Shown: positions 24,501 through 34,001 of the stretch, piece after piece
Layout: each line of letters begins with the position of its first letter
Position numbering within the stretch: the stretch's first letter is position 1
Virus record (IMG/VR): IMGVR_UViG_3300044630_001179
Coordinates: 1-63,750 of that record
Direction: 5' to 3' (one strand)
Origin: a virus
Lineage: Duplodnaviria; Caudoviricetes
DNA length: 63,750 nt
Position numbers and translations under genes: made by a program
Notes under the pieces: generated by a model
What the model was told of the DNA's origin: nothing
The model's database searches: none
What the model saw: only the letters and a program-made list of their open reading frames with translations

Positions 24501-27500
24501 CTTCTGTTAACTCAGTTTCTTCAACCTGAGGAGCGATGTCCTCTTTATACTTACGCATTGTCTCGGCTTCCTTCTCGTCAATCTCTTTCTCATCAAGCAT
24601 TTTCTTGATTGAAGCTGCGTAATCTAACTCATCATCCTTAAATACCTTGTTCTCTGAGTTATTAAACCTATCTGCTAACTCATCAGCTTTTGATTGCTCG
24701 TTGTCAATCTCATTAAGTATGTCGTTTACATCCTTGGTAACTACTGACTTCTCTTCAAGATTAAGCACAGCTTGTCTTGCAGAGAACATATCAACCAATT
24801 CTAAATAACGGTCAAGGTATTGGTCAGGAATAAGTGTTGGGTTAATTGAGAATAATCTTTGTAACGGACCCACTAAACCATCTGCAATACCAATCTTTGT
24901 AACAATATTCTTTTTAGCGGCTCTTAACTTGCTTTTAGCAACGTCAATCTTATTGGCATATTCTGCGTTAGCAAATACCTTAGCCATATAATCAACAAAA
25001 CTTGACACTGAAACCTCGTTCAGCATATTTACTTTGCCAAATCGAGCAACAATGTTAGCAGCTTGAACGGCTGTAATCTTTCCGCCTGCTGCCATCTCAC
25101 GAATCTCTTTTGCTAACTCTTTAGCAGCATCTCTTGACAGGTCTCTGATTCTCTTGATGACAAGCATCTTTTCTGCTCTTGTGATATTGGTAATATCTTT
25201 TAAAGCACCAAGCACACGACCAATAGATACAGCACGCTTAGGTCCGATACCCATTTTTATCCTTGCTTCACGCTCCATTATCTTTTTCTGTAAGTCATTG
25301 GCGTTCTTATATACTTCTGAATTTCTGATAAAGGTATCTAAGTTAGATACAATCTTATCGTCAGCAATGCCTCTTCTTTTTTGACGAGCAATCAACTCAT
25401 CAGCCTTAACCATAAGTGCATCATATTCTTCCTGAATAGGAGCAATCTGAGTAACAGCATTGATACCATTAACAACATCACGGCTGCTTACGTTATTATC
25501 TTTAGCAACTCTTTTTATGGCTTCCTGTAATGCAACCCCTGTATCAACCAATGCTTTTACAGCTTTGATTATAACCTTCATTACAGGAAGTGCAATGTTT
25601 ACACCAAGATTTTCTCTCTCAAACTTCTCAATATCTTTTAATGCTTGCTCAAGAGCAGCAGATATTTTCTGTCCTGTGGTCTTATTATTAGGGTCTAATG
25701 CAAGCAATTCATCAAGTGTTCCTTCAACATCTTCTGTAACTTCCTCAACTGTTGGCTCAGCCTTTGCTTTTGCTTTAGCTTTTTTAGCTTCAGATTTAGC
25801 TTTATCTTTTGCTTTTTTCTTAGCAGCCTTGTCAAACTCTTTCTTTTGGATTTTGTTGTAGCTATCAGCGATTGCTTTTTTAGCATCACCCAATGTTTCA
25901 TAACCATCCAAGTTAAGTTCATTACCATCAGCATCTTCTGCTGTAAAGTAAAATATCTTATCCTCGTCAGTTATCTTAGTGATGGTTCCTAATGGTTCTT
26001 CATCCGTGTTTGTAGCCTCTACGGTTACAGATGACAAATAGGTACTCATTCTTCCACTATCTGTTTCTCTTTCATCTTCTTCGTAGAATAAAGCATTTTC
26101 TCTATTAAATGCAGGAGTCTTAACGTCAGATGCTGTAATAGGTTCAAACGCCTCTTCTTCTACAACATCGGGAGCCACTTCGGCAACCGTCTCTGCTTCA
26201 ATACCTAAGTATGCTTCAGGACTTACGCCTTGGAACTCTGCGTCCCTTGCGATGGCTTGGTCGATTTCCCGATAAATACCTTGCCCACTTTGTCCAACTT
26301 GGGACCCTTTGCTTTTAATTCTTCTAAGAACTTCTTGCCTTTTTCCCTTGTCGACATACCTTGATTCGACAGGTCGATATTCTGATTGTTCATAACTTAT
26401 ATTATTTTCGTCTAATATTTCTGTAAATCTACCGATTTTATCTTGAAGTTCAGCATCTGCAAAGTCTAATACGTCAATAAATGAAACTGTGTTTTTACTT
26501 TCATTAACGCTAAAATTTGATATGCCTGCTTCTTTCAAAGCCTTCATTGCACCATTAATATCACTTACTTGTACTTGGTATTCGTTGGCGTTATGCGTGT
26601 CTGTACCTTCATCTGTGTACTGAGCAGCAATACTTGCTTCTTGAACTTCAGGAGAAATAGTTGCAGCTAACGCAGCAAACTCTTCAGCTTGGTCAATGGT
26701 AGCTCCTTCTAATGTAACTAAGTTTGATATTTCAACAAAGTCTTCTCCTGCATCATTTTTGTAACCACCAATTACGTCATCAATAACCGCATTAGGGATG
26801 CCAAGTTGTGTAGCAAGGTCAGAAAGTTTTTGCTTGTATGCCTTGTAATTATCATTTTGTCTTAATGCCTCTGCTTCTTCTACCGTTTCAATCTTAGTAT
26901 TAAAATAAGGAGCAATGTTTACTTGTGTCTTTGAAGACACTACTTCTTCCGTGCCCTCAGGAGTGATGGTTTCTTCGGTCCCTGCGGTAACGACTTCAGG
27001 TTGGACGTTTCCTTCGCCCACTTGCTGCAATCCCATTTCGGGTTGTTCTGTGCGTAGCACGCTTTCATCTGTTGCTTGTTCTTGAATGGCATCTTGTTCT
27101 GATTTTATAGTTTCTGTCACAGCTTCTTCTTGTAGCTGATTCTCTTGAATATTTTTAATCTGCCCTCTGATAGCGGCAGCTTTATCTTTTCCTGTCTGAG
27201 TGGTATTGCCTTCTAACTTCTTTAAATCTTTTTCTAACTCAGTAATAGCATTAAGGCTTGGCTCGTTAAGCTCAGGGTTACCTTGTCTTACTTGCTCCTT
27301 AATTGATGCGGTAACAATCTTATCTTGTATTTTAAACTCACGACCTTCGTAGTCGTTCTTAATTTCAATCTTAGTTTTTGCCAAGTCAGTAGGACTCATT
27401 GTATTGATTATCTCATCAACTTGCTCCGCAGAAACTTTCTCTCCATTTACTTTGTAAGATGGTTTAGCAAGTCTCGCTTGAATAGTAGAACGAATACCAC

Positions 27501-28707
27501 CCGGTAATTCTGCAATACCTTCTAATGCAATTTCAGACACATCCATCTCTTGCCCAATTGCCGCTCTTGCTGTTGCCTCTCCTAATGAACCACCGGCACC
27601 TTCAACTGCTGCACCGGCTGCTATTGCTCTTGTAGCTGCACCTCTTGTCACAGCACCTGTTGCTGACTTTGCTGCAGACCTGCTTACAATTTTAGCACCA
27701 ACTCCTGATGCAAGTTTGCCTGTAAAGGCGTCAACTGTACCAATAATTGAACCACGTGCAATTGCTCTATTTCTAATGCTATTTAACTTTTCAGGATTCT
27801 CAAGAATAGCTTTCACATTCTCCTTGGTCATTTCCTTTCCACCTAACTCTTCTTGAAGTAACTCTCCAAATGTAGAACCCATCTCTACCACACTGCTTGC
27901 TAAACCAAATGCATAAGGAACAGAAGCGATTGCTCCTGCTGCTGCACCGGGGATTGCTCCAACACCACCTGCTAACGCACCGGTACCTGCACCGTATGCA
28001 GTACCTGCTCCAACGCCTGCCGCACCGGCTGCCAAGGCATCGGTATTAGTAGCCATTGCTGTGATTGAACTTGTAAGAACCTCAGGAATAATAGAAGGGT
28101 TATTTGCTAATCCTTTTACTACACCCCAAAATCCTTTTCCTTCATTCTCATAAATTTTTTGATAGTTTTGCATTTCTGCAGATGCACCAAGTGACTGTGC
28201 ATTTTTGTTGGCGTTAATGAACTTTTGTATTTGTTCAGGAGTAGCTTTTGTACCTTGTAATAAAAGTTTATCTGCTTCTTGAGCAGCCGTGCCTTGTCTG
28301 TATCCCGCAGCAACACTGCGAGCCATATCATCTACAAAGTCACCGATACCAATTGGTACGATGTTGTCAAGTCCTCTTAATACGCTGCCAAATGCTCCTG
28401 TAAAATAATCTTGTTCTTCAGGTTGTTTTGACGAAACCGAAGAACCAACCCCTGAAGGTAATGCCGTACCGACTTTTTTTTTAGAAACAGGTTGCTGTCC
28501 ACTAATTCCAAATTCAGGGAACTTTGAAAACAACTCATCTTCATTAGTGTACTTCCCACTATTAGCGGTAGCTACAAAGTCTTTTAATGCGTTAACATCA
28601 TATCCTTGCAATTCAGGGAACTTAGATATTAAAGTAGCCTCATCGGGATATTTCCCACTATTAGCGGTAGCTACAAAATCTTTTAACGCTTGTCTTAAAT
28701 CCGGCAT
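21577..28707 (-). CDS. Very large (2376 aa) putative internal virion/ejection protein
   Basis: Last of three genes after the tail module; helical, with a Gly/Ala hydrophobic stretch; N-terminal 33-aa tandem repeat. Confidence 0.6.
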   Translation of the reverse strand: MPDLRQALKDFVATANSGKYPDEATLISKFPELQGYDVNALKDFVATANSGKYTNEDELFSKFPEFGISGQQPVSKKKVGTALPSGVGSSVSSKQPEEQDYFTGAFGSVLRGLDNIVPIGIGDFVDDMARSVAAGYRQGTAAQEADKLLLQGTKATPEQIQKFINANKNAQSLGASAEMQNYQKIYENEGKGFWGVVKGLANNPSIIPEVLTSSITAMATNTDALAAGAAGVGAGTAYGAGTGALAGGVGAIPGAAAGAIASVPYAFGLASSVVEMGSTFGELLQEELGGKEMTKENVKAILENPEKLNSIRNRAIARGSIIGTVDAFTGKLASGVGAKIVSRSAAKSATGAVTRGAATRAIAAGAAVEGAGGSLGEATARAAIGQEMDVSEIALEGIAELPGGIRSTIQARLAKPSYKVNGEKVSAEQVDEIINTMSPTDLAKTKIEIKNDYEGREFKIQDKIVTASIKEQVRQGNPELNEPSLNAITELEKDLKKLEGNTTQTGKDKAAAIRGQIKNIQENQLQEEAVTETIKSEQDAIQEQATDESVLRTEQPEMGLQQVGEGNVQPEVVTAGTEETITPEGTEEVVSSKTQVNIAPYFNTKIETVEEAEALRQNDNYKAYKQKLSDLATQLGIPNAVIDDVIGGYKNDAGEDFVEISNLVTLEGATIDQAEEFAALAATISPEVQEASIAAQYTDEGTDTHNANEYQVQVSDINGAMKALKEAGISNFSVNESKNTVSFIDVLDFADAELQDKIGRFTEILDENNISYEQSEYRPVESRYVDKGKRQEVLRRIKSKGSQVGQSGQGIYREIDQAIARDAEFQGVSPEAYLGIEAETVAEVAPDVVEEEAFEPITASDVKTPAFNRENALFYEEDERETDSGRMSTYLSSVTVEATNTDEEPLGTITKITDEDKIFYFTAEDADGNELNLDGYETLGDAKKAIADSYNKIQKKEFDKAAKKKAKDKAKSEAKKAKAKAKAEPTVEEVTEDVEGTLDELLALDPNNKTTGQKISAALEQALKDIEKFERENLGVNIALPVMKVIIKAVKALVDTGVALQEAIKRVAKDNNVSSRDVVNGINAVTQIAPIQEEYDALMVKADELIARQKRRGIADDKIVSNLDTFIRNSEVYKNANDLQKKIMEREARIKMGIGPKRAVSIGRVLGALKDITNITRAEKMLVIKRIRDLSRDAAKELAKEIREMAAGGKITAVQAANIVARFGKVNMLNEVSVSSFVDYMAKVFANAEYANKIDVAKSKLRAAKKNIVTKIGIADGLVGPLQRLFSINPTLIPDQYLDRYLELVDMFSARQAVLNLEEKSVVTKDVNDILNEIDNEQSKADELADRFNNSENKVFKDDELDYAASIKKMLDEKEIDEKEAETMRKYKEDIAPQVEETELTEEEAQQEKDELIAVVKASQVDGSELPSKDERDLAKEIARLIKTDALKGLTNTELKNLLKVIDNINNNYLPHYAQLMVEKMNAINNGKTLTNAIKNAKVAKFSGLYARIKSLITKKGAIVELIRRNPLFNIDQLFGDFKTKDIFNSVLNKAAEGEAKFSAELKKIQNILEKAEEKVAKSFKLDPNKTLMSKFKMMTYMIQLEFESNKGNKQVNPAADYLRATIKHIDAGKSQFGERDAEMLQDILDTYTDSDGNIDNEKLYKSFNQAEKDAINDIRGVNESLRDKAEYTAAIIRGDRINPLNNYVHLNVLHEHQPNDLTAGSAFITEYNDSMRPSTKAKSLIARTGKVSPLNFDVFASAQRGAKFVLMDYNLTEPIRTARKTINQAIANLEEEGRIPKQKRDIINAINSAFEEAIENLLTNSYVSTSIADDAIDYINKQGYRAILAGTGRFISELTSNIGFAVISDPKAFIEGAKYKGVIMSESAPLVMENVNSKQTNRIFPTDTLSGKLIDTSIIKQASGIKGGKSKNIVANKIQQIYNLTGKKYANVVELSADALISTPDKIIMRPMWFGSFANEFKKVSGKDVDFEKIAANDEKYMADNKEAIEQAKTVADERSVMTGATDNAFMGILKGTTKPNQSLLLRGFNNFNNFMTRFLIFEYVTARTAINAAIGNGSLTKKQGGALLGAVATRMMVYTLLTQMLGSGLMELAFGGEDEPEDEKSFMQKLGQSLASAFTSLTLGRDFGNASKGLLNYGVERANEKYLDFLREGDYDPYKDAIQYTIVPPERKGRPTDLFDYGINMLGSFGPAAKTTDLIIRKLSEPEKKEAAAIERQKKELTVRIPLEVLGNLGLVPLYKDVRKVVMKDMYKDLEQADENAENKRQIKLEKLQGYENESDMKRYDPELWEETFGPNAPEYDAEQAKKNIKKTKDSLERAMKDEMYNYTPKSKKGFGSAGFGSGKGKSKGGFGKSKFGQ
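26925..26940 (-). repeat. 16-bp palindrome, copy 9 (inside 2376-aa gene)
   Basis: Exact match; encodes VSSKT. Confidence 0.9.
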
Positions 28708-28728
28708 AATTAACTATTTTATTTTGTT

Positions 28729-30519
28729 CTACCTAACATTACCACCTGTGATTCCTCCACCACCCGTAGGAGCACCATTAACTTTTATAAATTGTTCAAG
28801 GTTTGCTTTTTCTACTGCAGCCTCTGATTTATTTAAGTTTGCATTATAAGTAAACCTCTGACCATTTGGAGCAATAACTTCAACGTCATTACCGAAAGGA
28901 CCACCTATATCATTCACTTTAAAAGTAGGACCCAATAAACTTTGTAATGATTTACTTGATTGTACTGATTTTACAGTAAACAATTCAGGCATTATATTTA
29001 CAACAGGAGCAGCAGCAGTTTCTCCTGCTCTCAATGATTTAATAGTTCTCCACTCTTCAGGTTTCAACGCACCATATCCGGTACCGCCACCACCTGCTTT
29101 AACAGCTTGTTGTCTATCTACTACACCGTGAAGTTCAACTCCTGTACCTGCAAAGTCAAATAAGCTAATTGGCTTACCTGCTGTATCTAACATTGATATT
29201 GTTCTATTCTTCTTACTATCTGCATAAGTAAGTTTAACTACACCCGGAGTACTCACATCAACACCAAGTAAACCTTGTGCCTGAGCGTTTGGAGTACCTA
29301 ATAATATATCTGCTGCTGCTTTTTTCTCAGCTGCAGTCTTACCTGTATATAATTGGTTCCAAGCACCTGCCGCAGCTAATTCATTTTTCTTTTCTTGACC
29401 TGCTTGATATTGCCATTGTTGTGGCTGAGGACCGTAAGGGATAGTTCCTGTAACGTCAATCTCTCTCTTATCATCTATCTTACCTAACAATTGAGTTCTA
29501 ACCCATTGACGAGCTTCTTGTTCTTGTTCTTTATAATGAGCACCACTCTTGTCAATAATAGGCAATCCTGAGCTTTGATTAATCTTTAAAAGAATCTTGC
29601 TCTTATCTTTTGCTGCTACGTCTTTATCATAAGTAAATGACTCTTGGCTATACTTACCTGTGTTCTGAGTAAGAACAGAAGAGATGTTATAGTCATTAGC
29701 AAAGTATGAATCAATCGTACTATTGATTGCTGCGTTGGCTTTATCAATTGAATCTTTAAACTCAGGATGCTTGGCTGCTTCTCCTTGCAATGCTCCAATA
29801 CCTAATAGTTTTGTTACCGTACCTGCTCCTGTTTTAGTTGCAGCTTGGTAAATAAAATCCATACTTGTACCTAAATTCTTAACAGTATTGTTCATTACTT
29901 CATCTGCTTTCCAAGCAGGGATGTCAGCCAATATTTTACCTTTAATAACGTTAACCGGAGCCACATCATTCGTCAATTCTAATACACCTGTTGTAGCATT
30001 TGGTCTCATTATACCAACATTAACTACGCCTGTACTTGGGTCAATAACTGCTTTTGATTTTGAGAAATCAGCAAAGCCTTCAACTGAAGCCATATTAGCT
30101 CCTGTTAAAGCCTGAAGTTCTCCGCTTTGGATACCCTCCATTTTCTTTTTGTAATTCTCTTGATATAGTTTTTGTAAATCAAACAATGTATTTGTTCCAT
30201 CTACATAGTTTTGTCTTCTAAAAGTAAAGTCCTGCAGCTTCATTTGACCTGACTTTAATAGTCTATTGTCAATCATCTGCTGCTCCATCATTGAATGGGC
30301 GTAATCATTTGTAAACTTGTTTGCATCTTGGAATTGACCTTGCGGTGCATTTTCCAATGTTTTCTGAAACTCACGAGTCGCTTGGTCAATTGCGGCTTTT
30401 TTTTGCTCACGAATAGTGGTCTCTTCTTTAAGCATATCAGATATGCCTTTACCTACCTCTGCCCAATTTACCTGACTATCGGCACTTCGTTCTGCGTATT
30501 TATAATATGTTGCCATCAA
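28729..30519 (-). CDS. Putative internal virion protein
   Basis: ORF track; position between small and large ejection-like genes. Confidence 0.55.
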   Translation of the reverse strand: MMATYYKYAERSADSQVNWAEVGKGISDMLKEETTIREQKKAAIDQATREFQKTLENAPQGQFQDANKFTNDYAHSMMEQQMIDNRLLKSGQMKLQDFTFRRQNYVDGTNTLFDLQKLYQENYKKKMEGIQSGELQALTGANMASVEGFADFSKSKAVIDPSTGVVNVGIMRPNATTGVLELTNDVAPVNVIKGKILADIPAWKADEVMNNTVKNLGTSMDFIYQAATKTGAGTVTKLLGIGALQGEAAKHPEFKDSIDKANAAINSTIDSYFANDYNISSVLTQNTGKYSQESFTYDKDVAAKDKSKILLKINQSSGLPIIDKSGAHYKEQEQEARQWVRTQLLGKIDDKREIDVTGTIPYGPQPQQWQYQAGQEKKNELAAAGAWNQLYTGKTAAEKKAAADILLGTPNAQAQGLLGVDVSTPGVVKLTYADSKKNRTISMLDTAGKPISLFDFAGTGVELHGVVDRQQAVKAGGGGTGYGALKPEEWRTIKSLRAGETAAAPVVNIMPELFTVKSVQSSKSLQSLLGPTFKVNDIGGPFGNDVEVIAPNGQRFTYNANLNKSEAAVEKANLEQFIKVNGAPTGGGGITGGNVR

Positions 30520-30539
30520 CTGAATGTTTTATTTTACTA

Positions 30540-31358
30540 CTAAAAAAGTTTTTTATAGGTCGATGGTTGAAAAGGATTGAAGCCGTACATATTAAGACCT
30601 TGTTGTCTTAAATTTCTTAAAGCATCTCCGCTTTGTTTCCCCATAAAATCTTGGTATTGGAATCTATTCATTGAACCTACCTTGCCATAATCAACACCTC
30701 CAATTGTTCCCAATCCTGAAATTTGTTGTTGTATTTGCTCAGGAGTCATACCTTGTCTTTTACCCATATCTTCAATACGACCTAATTGACGAGCACCTGC
30801 ACTCTTTTCATATAATGGAGCCATACTTGCAAGTTGACCTGCCATACTTGTAACACCTTCAAATCCTTGTTGAGTTGCTTGTGCACCTAACTCAGCCGCA
30901 TTTGCTGCAGCTAACTGAGCACCTGCTACTTCTTCCAAATCTAATTGCATACCAATATCTCTAAGGCGACCTTCTTCTTGTGCACTTAATCTTTCAAGAC
31001 CCATTAAGTCTTGACCCATAGCAGTTCTGATTCCTGCCTGTCCTTCTTGTTGTGCCATTTGAATACGACCTGCTGTAGCAGCCGCACCTCTTTCGCTCTC
31101 TACACCTGCTTGAATAGCTTGAGCACCTTGAGAAAGCAATGCTTCTCTTTCCAATTCGTATGGTTCTTTTTGGATGCTTAGCTTGTCATAAACATTGACT
31201 TCAAGTTTTTTTCTTGCTTCTTGCATAGCTTCTGCTGCATCACGCTCAGCTTGACGCTGTGCTTGTTTCTGCTTACCTGCTTGAACAAATGACATTGTGG
31301 TTGTGCCTGCTGTTGCGGCTAACCCGATTCCTGCTGCGATTGTAGTAAATGCTGCCAT
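30540..31358 (-). CDS. Putative small ejection/pilot protein
   Basis: Hydrophobic Ala/Gly N-terminus followed by Gln/Ala coiled coil, typical of podophage ejection proteins. Confidence 0.55.
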   Translation of the reverse strand: MAAFTTIAAGIGLAATAGTTTMSFVQAGKQKQAQRQAERDAAEAMQEARKKLEVNVYDKLSIQKEPYELEREALLSQGAQAIQAGVESERGAAATAGRIQMAQQEGQAGIRTAMGQDLMGLERLSAQEEGRLRDIGMQLDLEEVAGAQLAAANAAELGAQATQQGFEGVTSMAGQLASMAPLYEKSAGARQLGRIEDMGKRQGMTPEQIQQQISGLGTIGGVDYGKVGSMNRFQYQDFMGKQSGDALRNLRQQGLNMYGFNPFQPSTYKKLF

Positions 31359-31359
31359 A

Positions 31360-31770
31360 TTATAATACTTTTATCATTTCTGCTGTATAAGAATCTCCCT
31401 TGATATATCCAAGTTCTTCGTACATTCCTATAAGGCTTTCATTTTTAATTAATGCGTAACTATATTTACTTCCCGACTTCTTGCAAATCTCTGTCAACGC
31501 TGACACCAATAACTTAATGGCGTCTTTTCTTTGTGGCTTATTAGTGTATTCCTTGTTTGATATTATCCAATCTACCCAAGCCACTTTGGAATTAGTGATG
31601 TACATAAATCCTGCACATACAGGAGTTTCTTCATCATATATAATTATACCACCCTTGCCATCGTTAGGTAGGAAGTCTCTTTGAGGAGGCGTCCAACCCC
31701 ACTGTTCCCACCATCCTACAAGAATATTATCGTAGTCAGTTTCGTTCAGTTCTCGTATAATTAATTCCAT
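31360..31770 (-). CDS. GNAT-like protein of the virion assembly module
   Basis: IREL...DY, CAGFMY, YEELGY; sits between tail and ejection genes as in podophages; TATCTTTG element at 31778-31785. Confidence 0.55.
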   Translation of the reverse strand: MELIIRELNETDYDNILVGWWEQWGWTPPQRDFLPNDGKGGIIIYDEETPVCAGFMYITNSKVAWVDWIISNKEYTNKPQRKDAIKLLVSALTEICKKSGSKYSYALIKNESLIGMYEELGYIKGDSYTAEMIKVL

Positions 31771-31791
31771 ATTCTTACAAAGATATTAAAT

Positions 31792-32595
31792 TTAAGGAAA
31801 ACTTTTCATAACCTCTGTCTGAACTACAAACAATTCTACCTTGTCTGTAGACGTGTTCTCTATATTGAATGTACAATAATGACCTAATACTCCGTGTGAC
31901 TCTGCAACCGAGTTCTTGATGTATAAGAAAAACGCATCTTGAATAGGTATCGGAGTTGTCCCCGGAATAGTAGTATCTATTGTCAATTGGTTTACAGCAG
32001 TAGGTAAATCTACGGTAATTGCCGTAACCTTACCTGCAAGTACAGGAGTGGTATATGGAGGAACTGAAAAGTATAAAAGGTCGCCAATGCTGATGATGTT
32101 ACCAATGGATATACCAACGGCAAACTTAACCACATTACCCCCTGTTACCTGAAAACTTCTGCCTATACCATTTACGCTTCTTAAAGCAAGTTCACCTATT
32201 GCATTGTTTCTAATAAAGGCAAAGAATGAAGCCTCTTTCTTCTCAAACCAATTGGCTTCAATAAAACCTGATACCTGTAAGTCAGTTTCTAATTGTACAG
32301 ACCACTTAGCATCTCCCTCCAAGTTGATAGTCTTGAACAACTTATTCTCAAGTGGTGAGGTATTAAATACACTCTGTAGTGTAGCCGGAGTAAAGTCTCC
32401 TGAAGGATTCCCAATCTTTACCCACCAAGGACTATAAAATGTATTACGACTTGCGTTTACATTGTGCCTGTAAAGGTCTCCTCCTTTAAACGTATAGAAA
32501 TAGTTGTTCATTCCTATCATCCAATCAGGATAATAAGAGTAGAAGGATACCCATCCTCCAACTATATCGCTATACGATAATGTATAATTTGCCAT
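31792..32595 (-). CDS. Tail stabilisation/nozzle protein, C-terminal portion encoded as a separate gene
   Basis: TLSYS...GWVSFYSY.PD.M...NN.FYTFKGG.LY.H, KLFKTINLEG, FEKKE, GVLGHY. Confidence 0.55.
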   Translation of the reverse strand: MANYTLSYSDIVGGWVSFYSYYPDWMIGMNNYFYTFKGGDLYRHNVNASRNTFYSPWWVKIGNPSGDFTPATLQSVFNTSPLENKLFKTINLEGDAKWSVQLETDLQVSGFIEANWFEKKEASFFAFIRNNAIGELALRSVNGIGRSFQVTGGNVVKFAVGISIGNIISIGDLLYFSVPPYTTPVLAGKVTAITVDLPTAVNQLTIDTTIPGTTPIPIQDAFFLYIKNSVAESHGVLGHYCTFNIENTSTDKVELFVVQTEVMKSFP

Positions 32596-32606
32596 AGTTA
32601 TTTATT

Positions 32607-33989
32607 TTATAAACAAGCTGTTTCACAAGTTGAAAAAGCATCTAAATTTAATGTATTTCCTAAATCACCACTTACTACAGTATAAACAGCCGTAAAAATA
32701 CTTGCTACTGCATTATTTTGACAATCAGCATCAGTTATAATACCGGTACAATATGCGTTTGCATATGTGTTTGGTGAAGCTGTACATTGATTGCAAACCA
32801 CCTCAACATTAATAGTATCTCCTAATCCAACATTCCAAGTGCCGCTTGAAGTAGAACTTCTACTTTCAATTATTGAACCATTTACATATAAATCCATTGT
32901 ACCACTTATAGCAGACATCGTATAATCCCAAGCTAATGATGCAGTTGTTGGAGCTCCACAAGCTGCTTCGCATAATTCTAATGTTGCATAGGTACCTGTT
33001 CCATCACCCGGGTCTGTGCAAATCCCTTCAACACAATTATATGAAACTTCAGGAGGTGCTGAACAAACTCCTAAAGCTATAACCACTCCTGCTGAATTAA
33101 CTTGAAACCAATCATTACTTCCTGTAATTGAACCTTCGGCAAGATAGAATCCTGCTGTTAATGGAGTTGAACCATAAGCATCAGCATATACAAAATCATA
33201 TAATCCAACTGTGCCCGGGGTATTTGCTAATGAAGCATTATAGTAAGTAACGGTCTCAGTCAACTCGCACACTGCTGTACTTGTTGCAGCCATTACACTT
33301 GAACTAAATCCTGTAAGTAATTCAGGACAAGCAACTGACATTTGCCAAGCTGTACCTGAACAAGGACCAACTACCTCAAAGTTAATAATGGATGGAGACG
33401 CTGTTAATTTTGGTATAACCATCATTGTACTACCGGGAGCAGATACTCCCAATGATACATCCCCCGCATTAACGGTTATACTTTGAGTGTCGCCTGTTGC
33501 AACAAAAGCTGTTCCATTGTAGCTAAACTCTGTCAAAGCAGGGTAAGTGGTTCCTGATATTCCACAATCACCACCTGTTTGTCCTACATAAGTAAAGTTC
33601 CCTGAAGTACTACTTTGATGTAATCCATCAACAGGAGAAGTTAGTTTATTATAAACATTTGCTCCAAGTGTTGCTCTTATGCCATCAGGGACCCCATACG
33701 GGTCGAATCTAACTATAATAGCACCAACATCACCTCCTGTACTTCCGGTGTCTAAATCAAGCAAGTAAATGCCTTGACCGCCACTTGCGTTAATAGTCTC
33801 TCCGCAAGGAGTTGCACAAGTAGGACAATTTTGTTGTGGTAGTAATACTCCTCCAACCTGCTCTCTCACGATAACTCCATTGGAATAAAATCCATCAGCC
33901 GCAAGAGTAGTCAAACCTTCATTTGTAAATACTGCTGTTGCAGACCCAAGAGAAGGAGCGTTTAAATAATATGATGCACTTGTTGCCAT
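32607..33989 (-). CDS. Ser/Thr/Gly/Cys-rich virion (tail-associated) protein
   Basis: ORF track; beta-rich composition; shares a Cys module with ORF 34002. Confidence 0.6.
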   Translation of the reverse strand: MATSASYYLNAPSLGSATAVFTNEGLTTLAADGFYSNGVIVREQVGGVLLPQQNCPTCATPCGETINASGGQGIYLLDLDTGSTGGDVGAIIVRFDPYGVPDGIRATLGANVYNKLTSPVDGLHQSSTSGNFTYVGQTGGDCGISGTTYPALTEFSYNGTAFVATGDTQSITVNAGDVSLGVSAPGSTMMVIPKLTASPSIINFEVVGPCSGTAWQMSVACPELLTGFSSSVMAATSTAVCELTETVTYYNASLANTPGTVGLYDFVYADAYGSTPLTAGFYLAEGSITGSNDWFQVNSAGVVIALGVCSAPPEVSYNCVEGICTDPGDGTGTYATLELCEAACGAPTTASLAWDYTMSAISGTMDLYVNGSIIESRSSTSSGTWNVGLGDTINVEVVCNQCTASPNTYANAYCTGIITDADCQNNAVASIFTAVYTVVSGDLGNTLNLDAFSTCETACL

Positions 33990-34001
33990 TTATTTTTTAT
34001 T

